From IMG/VR virus record IMGVR_UViG_3300028840_001835: a stretch of 64,000 nt of DNA; one strand, written 5' to 3'. Below are positions 56,067 to 64,000 of this stretch, piece by piece; the stretch's first letter is position 1; every line of letters starts with the position of its first letter. Both the position numbers and the translations under genes were made by a program. Source of the stretch: a virus. Lineage: Duplodnaviria > Caudoviricetes. The notes under the pieces are model-generated. The model ran no database searches, was not told where the DNA came from, and was given only the letters and a program-made list of their open reading frames with translations.

Positions 56067-57211
56067 TAAGTCATCCTATACTTGCTGTAGTATTCCTCGA
56101 TCATTTTCTTGATCTCTGGCTCATGTTTCTTTAGGAAAGGGAACACCTTGAGGAACTCCTTATAGGCGGCCATCTTTATGTTCTTATCCTCGGCCGGGTT
56201 GTTTCTCTCTATTCCCTGAGACCCCTTACTCCATAGTAATCTAATAAAAAGCCAGAAAATCTGCTCGACTTTTTGGACTTTAAATTCTTTCTTCATTATC
56301 TTTAAAGTCTTAGCAAATGACTTCAGGTCTCGCCTCTCTGCTCCCTTTGGCAACCTGCCAAACATGAACTCGAATATCTTTGGTATGTCCGTCACGAACT
56401 TTGCACCCTTTGATGGTATCTCTCTATAGGTAGGCAGCCCGTCGGTCTGAATGATTTTTCCCTTATCATCAAGTACAGGTTCCAGTTTCTTTCTGAAGCC
56501 CCTGTCCACACTGAACCCAAAGAAGGAAACGGTGTCTGGACGTTGGAGGCGTTTACCCTTCTTACCTACTATGGCGACCTCTCCCCGTTGTATAGAGGAT
56601 GTTATGGCCCTCACAAGATACTTGATGAATAGACCTTTAATGCCTTTCTGTATGTCTGTCCATGAGCTGGAGTGACCGAACGTTGCGAACTCTGTTGGCT
56701 CATTGTTTGAGAACTCCGTACCCTCAAAGTCGACCTGTATATACTTTATTATGTCGTGCCATTCTGGTGTAGTCTCAAGTATACCATTAAACTGAAGTCC
56801 CGCGGAGGTGAAGCCGCGCCATTTGAAGTTACCAACCTTCTTACCTTTTAAACCTTCAAGAACACTACGAAGGTCTCCCATATAGGAGACCGGAACCTGG
56901 AGATCCATATCTCCAACTTTCTTCTTAACCTTTGAAAAAGATTTCAATGGTTTGTTAAAGAACAGCCGTGTCGAGCCAGAGAATATCATACCCGAGGAGA
57001 CCAGTTTCTTGAAGTCGGCCCAGAGGGGTTTCTTTGCTTTACGATTGAAGGCATCATTAAAACCCTTAAAGGAGCGCATTAGCTCCTCCTTAAGTTTCTT
57101 GAACTTAGGTTCATCTAACCTATCCATGGGTATCTTCTGAGCCTGCTCACCATCAACTATGACGTTGCCGCCCTCATTTAGTGTCATGTAGAAATCTTTA
57201 AAACTTCTCAT
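56066..57211 (-). CDS. Pol beta-fold nucleotidyltransferase-like protein with CTS-like N-terminus
   Basis: FSGS...GDMD...QVDF; MRSFKDFYMTLNE. Confidence 0.65.
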   Translation of the reverse strand: MRSFKDFYMTLNEGGNVIVDGEQAQKIPMDRLDEPKFKKLKEELMRSFKGFNDAFNRKAKKPLWADFKKLVSSGMIFSGSTRLFFNKPLKSFSKVKKKVGDMDLQVPVSYMGDLRSVLEGLKGKKVGNFKWRGFTSAGLQFNGILETTPEWHDIIKYIQVDFEGTEFSNNEPTEFATFGHSSSWTDIQKGIKGLFIKYLVRAITSSIQRGEVAIVGKKGKRLQRPDTVSFFGFSVDRGFRKKLEPVLDDKGKIIQTDGLPTYREIPSKGAKFVTDIPKIFEFMFGRLPKGAERRDLKSFAKTLKIMKKEFKVQKVEQIFWLFIRLLWSKGSQGIERNNPAEDKNIKMAAYKEFLKVFPFLKKHEPEIKKMIEEYYSKYRMT

Positions 57212-57864
57212 AGCCAGGTCTCTGCCTCCTTAACAACCTTGTTCTTCTTTAGCATGTCTCTCATATATCTCCACATGGATACATCGTAACCAGTCATCTT
57301 GATAAATGTATCCATATCATTATCGACCAGGGCCTTTCTTATCTTGGTGCCAGAGGTCTCGTTTCTCTTGACGACCATCATCTCCCCCATACCGAACTTC
57401 TTATTATTTGGATCTCGGACCCCCTTGTTCTTCTTATTATAGTTGATAAAGACCTTCCCGAACTCCTTCTTCCTGTCGCCCCCAATCAAAAACACCGGTC
57501 TGGTGATCCCTTCATTCAGAAGCTCCGTAAACATGCGCACTGGGATGGTTGCCTTCACATTCAGGAACTTCTCCTTTGTCGCCCTTTTGACTATCTCTCC
57601 CCTCTGCTCTGGTGAGAATATGTTGGCTCCATACTTACCCTTTTTCTCCGTCTTGGTGCGTAACGGGGAGACGACCATCACATTCTTGAATTTCTTCTTT
57701 GCTTCAGTAATTAGCCTTCCGTGGCCATTGGGTCCTGTCCATGGAGAGAACTTACCGAATATGACGGCGGTTGGTTCGGCCTTTTCGTCTATAACGTATC
57801 TTTTTAACGTGACCTGTTTGGTAGGGTCCTTTCTATCTTGAACCTGTATGTCTATGAGTGGCAT
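57208..57864 (-). CDS. HIGH-class (cytidylyltransferase-like) nucleotidyltransferase
   Basis: FGKFSPWTGPNGHGRL...GGDR...SGTKIRKA. Confidence 0.8.
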   Translation of the reverse strand: MPLIDIQVQDRKDPTKQVTLKRYVIDEKAEPTAVIFGKFSPWTGPNGHGRLITEAKKKFKNVMVVSPLRTKTEKKGKYGANIFSPEQRGEIVKRATKEKFLNVKATIPVRMFTELLNEGITRPVFLIGGDRKKEFGKVFINYNKKNKGVRDPNNKKFGMGEMMVVKRNETSGTKIRKALVDNDMDTFIKMTGYDVSMWRYMRDMLKKNKVVKEAETWL

Positions 57865-57879
57865 CTATGTATGGGCTCC

Positions 57880-58209
57880 TTAATTCTTTTCCCCGAGCAA
57901 CCAGGTCTTCTGAATGGTTTCAAACTTTCCAGACCTCACATATACATTTGCCTTCTTTCCCCCGACAACATCCTCTGCGAACTTCTTATAGTCTATCTGT
58001 CCCATTGTCTTTGGTCTTGAACCCGGCGTAGCTCCGAGGTCCTCAAGAAATCTCTGCATTGTTGTTATGGCATCCTTTTCACTAACCTTAATGTAATTGA
58101 GCTTACCAGTCTCTGTATTTCTAAATGACCAGCGGGACTCGTTCTTCTTTATAGTGAACACCATCCAAGGATTTCTACCCTCATAGTATGTATCTATAAA
58201 TCTTCCCAT
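57880..58209 (-). CDS. hypothetical protein (weak CTS-like start)
   Basis: MGRFIDTYYE. Confidence 0.6.
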   Translation of the reverse strand: MGRFIDTYYEGRNPWMVFTIKKNESRWSFRNTETGKLNYIKVSEKDAITTMQRFLEDLGATPGSRPKTMGQIDYKKFAEDVVGGKKANVYVRSGKFETIQKTWLLGEKN

Positions 58210-58218
58210 GAGGCCCCC

Positions 58219-58722
58219 TTATTTCTTTAGTCCAAACGTGGCTCTCTTTCTCTTTGAGATTGCCCGTTTGATTCTGGCGGTTGCCTGCTTTGCTTTTCTC
58301 TTTATGGCGCCGAGCTTCTGAGACTTCTTACGTTTACGAACTTCAGCGGCCTTCATTCTTACCTCTTTGGGTCTACCTGTTGAAGGGTCGAGCACCACCC
58401 TATAGCCAGGTCTATCCGATTTGAACTTCTTGATTTTCTTCCCGCCCCGAACAACGATCTTTTTGAATAGCCGTTCATTAAGGTCGGCGTCCTCACAATC
58501 CTGCTCAGAGAACACCGCAGTTCCTTCCTCTTCCTCGATTTGATCATCGAGGATATTGGATATCTTACCAAGGGTCTTCTCAGAAAGGTTCTCATACTTC
58601 TCAATTAGTTCCTCTTCAGAAAGTTCATTCTCGACATCCTTTATAATGTTAGCCATAACATCATTAATGATCTCTTCCTCAGCCTTCGTTTCCTGGAGGT
58701 AAAATTCTTTGAAATTTCTCAT
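58219..58722 (-). CDS. T4 gp68-like prohead core protein
   Basis: Acidic N-half, very basic C-tail (VRGGK...RKRKK...KRKRATFGL); CTS-like start; late promoter. Confidence 0.65.
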   Translation of the reverse strand: MRNFKEFYLQETKAEEEIINDVMANIIKDVENELSEEELIEKYENLSEKTLGKISNILDDQIEEEEGTAVFSEQDCEDADLNERLFKKIVVRGGKKIKKFKSDRPGYRVVLDPSTGRPKEVRMKAAEVRKRKKSQKLGAIKRKAKQATARIKRAISKRKRATFGLKK

Positions 58723-58752
58723 CCTATTCTCCTTGCTAGCCTTTTTATATAT

Positions 58753-58902
58753 TTATAAAAAGAACTCTGGATGTGTAAAGTCTAATTCTCTGGGCTCATC
58801 GTCATCAGTCTCATCTCCAATCACCTGATACTCATCCTCCATAGTCTCAAACTCGCCATCATCCGGAAAGTCCAGAAGTTCTCTATCGTGATAACCTCCC
58901 AT
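58753..58902 (-). CDS. small acidic protein (49 aa)
   Basis: MGGYHDRELLDFPDDGEFETMEDEY...; AGGAGG SD. Confidence 0.7.
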   Translation of the reverse strand: MGGYHDRELLDFPDDGEFETMEDEYQVIGDETDDDEPRELDFTHPEFFL

Positions 58903-58911
58903 ACATTCCTC

Positions 58912-59313
58912 CTAATCTACGACCTCAACATCATTTACATTGAATTTATGGGAGATCACCCATTTATACTTCTCCTTAAAGGGAAGAACATACACAAACT
59001 TGTCGTGCTTCTCAATGTCATCCTCATTAACCACGTCAATTAGACCCCAGTTTTTCAAACAAAAAATAATCGAGTTCTTGCGCTCGATATCTTCATCACT
59101 TATGTTATTGTAACCATTATCTCGGGTCAGTATAAACATCTCTTTAAAATGGACAATGTAATACTCCTCAAAATTCTGATAGAGGTAACATGATGGATAA
59201 AGTATCTTCTGCCGTTTGTTGGCGATACCTATTCGTGTGAGGGTTTCTTTGATGATCTTAATGTCGGTCTTTGGTACAACCTGTACCATATGCTTAATCT
59301 CTTTCATAATCAC
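58912..59313 (-). CDS. regA: RegA translational repressor
   Basis: KETLTRIGIA...LYPSC...YIVHFKEMF...R.N.I...L.NWGLI. Confidence 0.92.
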   Translation of the reverse strand: MIMKEIKHMVQVVPKTDIKIIKETLTRIGIANKRQKILYPSCYLYQNFEEYYIVHFKEMFILTRDNGYNNISDEDIERKNSIIFCLKNWGLIDVVNEDDIEKHDKFVYVLPFKEKYKWVISHKFNVNDVEVVD

Positions 59314-59367
59314 TCACGGTTTAAATGAACAAACTTTCGATAAAATCTCAATACAAATGTATTTATA

Positions 59368-59841
59368 TTAACGCCTAGTTTTTGGCTTGGTTTTTTTCTT
59401 TGGAAGTTTTCCTTCTGCGTATTTTTTAATGTCATATCGTTTTAGAGGATTGCTAACTGTTCGTGGATATGTTACCCAAAGATGTGTTGCTTTCGGAAAT
59501 AACTCATAAAATTTCTTGAAAATCTGTTGAATATTTTTTGACTTCATATTTATTTTATGCGTCCAGATGATCCTGTTATCTCCATCATAACCAAAACCGA
59601 TATCAAAATCTAACTTTCGTTCCATAAAACGATGTTCAATACTGGCGTCCCAAGCATAAAAGATTGGACGTGTTTTATCAACAATCCCGCCGCGAACCGA
59701 ATCGTACAGATTATCTTTCTCTAATTCTCTCACTTCACTTGCTGAAGGATTGACAAAAATTTCAACCGTTTGAGGGGAGCCCCACGTTGCAACCCGGACT
59801 GTCTTCATAAACTTTTCATCCAAGATATCTCTAAATTTCAT
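59368..59841 (-). CDS. putative capsid-internal protein (CTS-like)
   Basis: MKFRDILDE. Confidence 0.6.
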   Translation of the reverse strand: MKFRDILDEKFMKTVRVATWGSPQTVEIFVNPSASEVRELEKDNLYDSVRGGIVDKTRPIFYAWDASIEHRFMERKLDFDIGFGYDGDNRIIWTHKINMKSKNIQQIFKKFYELFPKATHLWVTYPRTVSNPLKRYDIKKYAEGKLPKKKTKPKTRR

Positions 59842-59849
59842 ACAATACC

Positions 59850-60386
59850 TTAATTGTTAAGGACCTTGGTCGTGGACACTATGTTAAAATCATCGAAAGC
59901 AAATGTACAACTAAACTGAAGCTCCTCTGAACTTCCGAATACAAGTGATAACGAACTTAATGAAACAAGAAAACATCTATCAAATGTTAGGGTGTTTGTT
60001 TTTCTACTTTGATTGTCCAACATTATAACACTTATCACATCAATCACTGTGTCTGATGACGCCCTTCCGTCAGCGTTATTACCGCATCCATATCTAAGTA
60101 ACTTCATCCAATCAAAGAATGCCTTATAGTTCGACAAATCCTCGTCGGCGAAAAACTCTATTGTGAGCTGGGAGAGATCGTTGTTATATTTGGAGATTGG
60201 ATAACGCCTCACTATGTTCATAAACTCAGACTGTGTTAATTCTATACTGGAATCTGGTAGTGTTATCGATCTAACAAAGTTATTAAATATCTCCATATCT
60301 ATCCTGGTCGTCCTGGTGTCGGGCATTGGGATATTGGAGAACACCGCCTTAAATCGATCTGAATTTGCCTGGTTTACTGTTGACAT
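59850..60386 (-). CDS. T4 gp3/gp19-like tail completion (tube-fold) protein
   Basis: V.SITLP...LTIEF..DEDL.NY....DWM...L.F..CF..SLS; late promoter 60406-60413. Confidence 0.8.
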   Translation of the reverse strand: MSTVNQANSDRFKAVFSNIPMPDTRTTRIDMEIFNNFVRSITLPDSSIELTQSEFMNIVRRYPISKYNNDLSQLTIEFFADEDLSNYKAFFDWMKLLRYGCGNNADGRASSDTVIDVISVIMLDNQSRKTNTLTFDRCFLVSLSSLSLVFGSSEELQFSCTFAFDDFNIVSTTKVLNN

Positions 60387-60408
60387 ATACTTCTCCTATT
60401 TGAAGTAT

Positions 60409-61026
60409 TTATACTTCTGTCTCCATGTATCCGGGTGTCTTTGTCTTGTTGGAATTGTGCATTCTGTAACGATAAAGTGGCAATCTAAGATGATGAATAT
60501 TATAAAATCCGCCCAATCTCTTTCTAAGCTCCTCTTCCTCTCTATGTCTAAAACTCTCATTGTAGCCATTCACCTTGAGTAGAAGATCCTTTCTATACAT
60601 TATGCCGCAGGATATGTTATCCCTCTCTGCGTATTTTCTCTCAATCTTATTCTCAAACTCGTCCACCAGAATGTAATCACAGGACACACCGAACGCATCA
60701 CGATTGTTCTGAAGATAGAAATGAAGAAAGAAACACAAGTCCTCATTTATGTAATCATCTGCGTCAACCCTCACGACAAACCTACCCTTGGCATTCATTA
60801 TACCAACATTAGACGCTCCTGCAACTCCAACATTCTCAGAGGTCTGAAAGAATGAAATCTCATTCAAGAACGGTCGAATTATCTCTTGGGTGTTGTCGGT
60901 GCTACAATCGTCCACAAGTATTACCTCATAAGTAATCCGTCTTTGTTTTAGACATGACCTTAAACAACGATCAAGATAACGACCGTAATTATAATTTGTT
61001 ACTATTATGGATATATCTGGAATCAT
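60409..61026 (-). CDS. GT2-family glycosyltransferase
   Basis: ISIIVTNYN...VDD.STD...GVAGA.N.G...RVDADD. Confidence 0.92.
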   Translation of the reverse strand: MIPDISIIVTNYNYGRYLDRCLRSCLKQRRITYEVILVDDCSTDNTQEIIRPFLNEISFFQTSENVGVAGASNVGIMNAKGRFVVRVDADDYINEDLCFFLHFYLQNNRDAFGVSCDYILVDEFENKIERKYAERDNISCGIMYRKDLLLKVNGYNESFRHREEEELRKRLGGFYNIHHLRLPLYRYRMHNSNKTKTPGYMETEV

Positions 61027-61786
61027 ATGTATCTACCTCATAATTCTCATAATCAAAAAACTCATTATTTGTATTCACAGGATCTTTATTTGAGTATATC
61101 GTCTTGAATGCCTCGTCTGCATCCACACGACTCTTATCCTCGAATTCCTGTAGTCTTAATTCATCACCATGCAGTATTGAGAACTGTCTGGCATCAACCC
61201 TATCTGCGGGATTTATTTCCCTAAGACCCATTAACTTTAAACGATGAAATAGATCATCGTCATCGCCACCATAATGACTCACCTTCTCATCCCATCCGCC
61301 GATGGATGCAAAGTCACTATTATAGACAATAATATTTCCGTAATTAACCTCTGGTGAAATTCTTTTTGATTGATGTGCCATGGACTCTTGGACTCGGGTA
61401 ACAAAAAACGTCTCCTCATATTTCACTCGTTTACACCAGTGACTTAGATAATCCATTGATAGAAATGTATCGGCATCAGAAAAAGCCAACATATAACTAC
61501 CACTACTTCTCGACACTCTGGCTCCAAGATTCTTAACCTTTCTTGGATTATATTGTAAATTTTCCTTGATGTTTATCACTCGCACTTCTTGAAGATCACG
61601 TGGAGCGATACCAACCATCATGTTTAGATGTGACTTGAAAACTTCTTCAAAGTTATCTACTGAAAAGAAGTTAACCAAGATTAGTTCATATGGAATGCCA
61701 ACCTGGGACAACATGAATGGAAGAGTCCGATCAAGATGTTGTGCCCGATTCTTAACACCAACTATTAATGAAACTTCTGGACGCAT
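60989..61786 (-). CDS. GT-A glycosyltransferase (GT2/GT7-like)
   Basis: FSDAD, GGWDE...YGGDDDDL. Confidence 0.85.
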   Translation of the reverse strand: MRPEVSLIVGVKNRAQHLDRTLPFMLSQVGIPYELILVNFFSVDNFEEVFKSHLNMMVGIAPRDLQEVRVINIKENLQYNPRKVKNLGARVSRSSGSYMLAFSDADTFLSMDYLSHWCKRVKYEETFFVTRVQESMAHQSKRISPEVNYGNIIVYNSDFASIGGWDEKVSHYGGDDDDLFHRLKLMGLREINPADRVDARQFSILHGDELRLQEFEDKSRVDADEAFKTIYSNKDPVNTNNEFFDYENYEVDTYDSRYIHNSNKL

Positions 61787-62484
61787 ATTCTATCAACCTC
61801 TTTTCTCAACATTCTAAGTTCATCAAAATTCATAGAGCAGGTATGAGCTCCCTCTGTGTCAGACTGTAGTGCATGATCAGTAGTAAAATGTTTTTCTATG
61901 TATCTGGCGCCTCGTTTCACAGCCTCTATACTCGCATCTATCCCGACTGAATGATCACTAAATCCTTCTATCTCATCGAACTTTTCTGGCATTAACTCGA
62001 TGGCCCTCTCAAAACTATGCGGATATTCTGCAACACAATGAAAGTAGGTAACATTATCGTTGGTAAATGGTAAACCCTTTTTATTAAGATCCCATACTCC
62101 CAAAGATATGAATATATTTTCAAACATATCCAGACTCTGTTTACATAAATCAAATTTAAATTCCAACATCATACTGGCGATCTTAAATGTATTCGTTCCG
62201 ATGGAATGAAGATATGAAATTCTATTTCTATCAAACGCTGAGGCAAAAAAATCAATATTAAGATTCTCCGAGAACTTCTTTAATCTCAATAACTGTTCAT
62301 GGGTCATTGATAGATACTCCCACCTCTCTCTGTTCTCTCCTGGAAGCTGGTAGGTGTCATAAAACTGAACCTTCACCGCATCTGCTCCCGCTATCTTGGA
62401 CTGAAGTATCATCTGCTCAGCACGACTAATAGAACCACCCCATTGACCGCAAAGCTCTGACACTATGTATACACTATCTTCCAT
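61765..62484 (-). CDS. neuB: NeuB-family nonulosonate synthase
   Basis: SELC..W.G...GADAVKVQ...FKIAS...HCVAEYP...GFSDHSVG...IEKHFT. Confidence 0.9.
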   Translation of the reverse strand: MEDSVYIVSELCGQWGGSISRAEQMILQSKIAGADAVKVQFYDTYQLPGENRERWEYLSMTHEQLLRLKKFSENLNIDFFASAFDRNRISYLHSIGTNTFKIASMMLEFKFDLCKQSLDMFENIFISLGVWDLNKKGLPFTNDNVTYFHCVAEYPHSFERAIELMPEKFDEIEGFSDHSVGIDASIEAVKRGARYIEKHFTTDHALQSDTEGAHTCSMNFDELRMLRKEVDRICVQKFH

Positions 62485-63028
62485 TTTCTTCTAATCTCCT
62501 TACATCGTCAATGTCATGCACGTCCATTAAGTCGCAAACAACAACCCCGCAGTTGGTACTTAGGTCTTTCTGAAAAACATAGTCACCCCTAAACACACGG
62601 AACGCTGCGTTCTGCATGAGATTACTGTTGACACTAAACACCTCATCTCTGTCATATTTATTTAACGTATCAATCGCCTGATCAAGGTATCCCCCTTTAA
62701 TCTCTGGGGAGTTCGGCTGAAGTGATATCCAGATACTTGGATTATATCTTAGTGATATGAATTTCGCTGCGTCCCGGATGACGGCCTGCTTCGGTGTGTC
62801 ATCGTTTGACAATCCAGATCCTCTATCTATAGTCTGTATTCCTAGACCAATACAACAATCAATAACCTCAACACTATTGGTGCTCACAAATGTATGTATC
62901 TGGAACCTGGAATCCTGGCAGGCCTTCCACGCCCAGTATAACATCGGCTTACCCCAGATAGGATGAATGTTCTTTTTCGGCAATCTTCTGGATTGTCCCT
63001 TTGCGGGTATGATGGCAACAATATCCAA
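62474..63028 (-). CDS. neuA: NeuA-family CMP-nonulosonate synthetase
   Basis: AIIPAKGQSRRLPKKNI...VST...LQP.SP...DV...DD. Confidence 0.88.
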   Translation of the reverse strand: MDIVAIIPAKGQSRRLPKKNIHPIWGKPMLYWAWKACQDSRFQIHTFVSTNSVEVIDCCIGLGIQTIDRGSGLSNDDTPKQAVIRDAAKFISLRYNPSIWISLQPNSPEIKGGYLDQAIDTLNKYDRDEVFSVNSNLMQNAAFRVFRGDYVFQKDLSTNCGVVVCDLMDVHDIDDVRRLEENGR

Positions 63029-63029
63029 A

Positions 63030-63587
63030 TCAAAACTCCTTTACAAAATACCAAGAGGCGTCCTCGGGTATGAGAATGTTTAACGTTATTGGTTTACCTA
63101 TAATGTATTCGTCAATTGCCCTCTTTACTCCAAACGAACCAAGTTCGTTCTCCATGTTGAAATAATCATGTCCGGCGAACACCCCTCCTTTCTTGACCTT
63201 AGGAACCCATGCCTCTATATCCATTTTAGCATGTTCGTAACTATGATCACCATCAAGGTATATGAAATCAAACGATCCGTCCTGAAACTTATCAATGGTA
63301 TCCTCGGAACGTGCTCTTATTATCTCGACAGAATCATCATTCTCAAAGTATGCTCTGACCCCTTGATGTATCTCCTCAAACTCATCATTTGATTTCTCAT
63401 TCATGGCATCCCTGTAACCCTCAAGCTGTCTCCATGGATCGAGAAGATATAACTTCTTATGTATATTCCATGAATGTATAATACGGGAGAATCTTCCACG
63501 CCATACACCTATCTCAAGATATGTACCATTGTCAAGACCAAGGTTTTTTAATAGCACATCAAAGTCGTTTCTAACAAATATCTTCAT
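63030..63587 (-). CDS. class I SAM-dependent methyltransferase
   Basis: LEIGVWRG...FDFIYLDGDHSYE...GG..AGHDY. Confidence 0.9.
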   Translation of the reverse strand: MKIFVRNDFDVLLKNLGLDNGTYLEIGVWRGRFSRIIHSWNIHKKLYLLDPWRQLEGYRDAMNEKSNDEFEEIHQGVRAYFENDDSVEIIRARSEDTIDKFQDGSFDFIYLDGDHSYEHAKMDIEAWVPKVKKGGVFAGHDYFNMENELGSFGVKRAIDEYIIGKPITLNILIPEDASWYFVKEF

Positions 63588-64000
63588 AAACTATATTCAA
63601 TACCTCCTTTGAGATACCTCGACAAATAGAAAGGCTCTCAGATATGGCCGTCTTAAAATTAAACTTATTTTCAATTAGATACATAATTACTCCACGTATC
63701 TGTTCCTTTGTGAAATTGGTCGGCATCTTTCTACAAAAATCATATTCATAAAGAAAAGGAAATATTAATCCAAATGGTTTTATGTTAAAATTAATAACAG
63801 GTCTTTCGCACATAACTATTTCTTCAATTGAAGTAGAATTAAAATTAACGGCAAGTCTTGACACCGAAAGTAACTCCATAGTCGTATGTGGAAACACCGT
63901 CGAATCATAAAACAATCTATCTCCTGGATGATTACATACGTCTTTCTTCCTTGATTTGACCAGCACCCTTAATCCGCATCCTTTTAAATGTTCATATAGC
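63571..64000 (-). CDS. C-terminus of a probable polysaccharide/glycosyl transferase (partial)
   Basis: Frame open to the window edge; STSIEE....RPVINF. Confidence 0.45.
   Translation of the reverse strand, partial: LYEHLKGCGLRVLVKSRKKDVCNHPGDRLFYDSTVFPHTTMELLSVSRLAVNFNSTSIEEIVMCERPVINFNIKPFGLIFPFLYEYDFCRKMPTNFTKEQIRGVIMYLIENKFNFKTAISESLSICRGISKEVLNIVYEDIC

Noticed and set aside
1-64000. Genome-wide TAG reassignment
   Set aside because: Conserved genes (ligase, RegA, NeuB, PurA-like) are intact under code 11 and many genes end properly in TAG; only one gene has an internal TAG.
1-64000. Plus-strand ORFs opposite minus-strand genes (and the reverse in 30.6-47 kb)
   Set aside because: Antisense shadows with no SD and atypical composition.

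Overview
This is a fragment of a large, T4-like (myovirus-type) jumbo/huge phage genome. Evidence: RegA, a gp3-like tail protein, a gp68-like core protein, an ATP-dependent DNA ligase, 14 T4-type TATAAATA late promoters and strong sigma70-type early promoters. It has four zones. (1) 0-20 kb, minus strand: a translation-support island with about 34 intact tRNAs, two aberrant tRNA-like genes, a tmRNA with an unusually long tag, an amber (CUA) suppressor tRNA, two PTH2-like genes (one interrupted by an in-frame TAG), an RNA-ligase-like gene, Hsp20, a PurA-like/vWA operon and a probable ~340-nt late ncRNA. (2) 20-30.4 kb (minus) and (3) 30.6-47 kb (plus): two divergent early arms around a GC-rich, palindrome-rich centre, filled by about 45 highly diverged small paralogs sharing an [KR]hhF[LI]xGh motif, plus smaller paralog families. 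(4) 47-64 kb, minus: DNA ligase, a three-fold nucleotidyltransferase plus phosphoesterase module, many proteins with a T4-like capsid-targeting N-terminus, structural genes and the start of a nonulosonic-acid (NeuB/NeuA)/glycosyltransferase cluster. All calls come from manual motif reading; no database or folding software was run, and the host cannot be determined.
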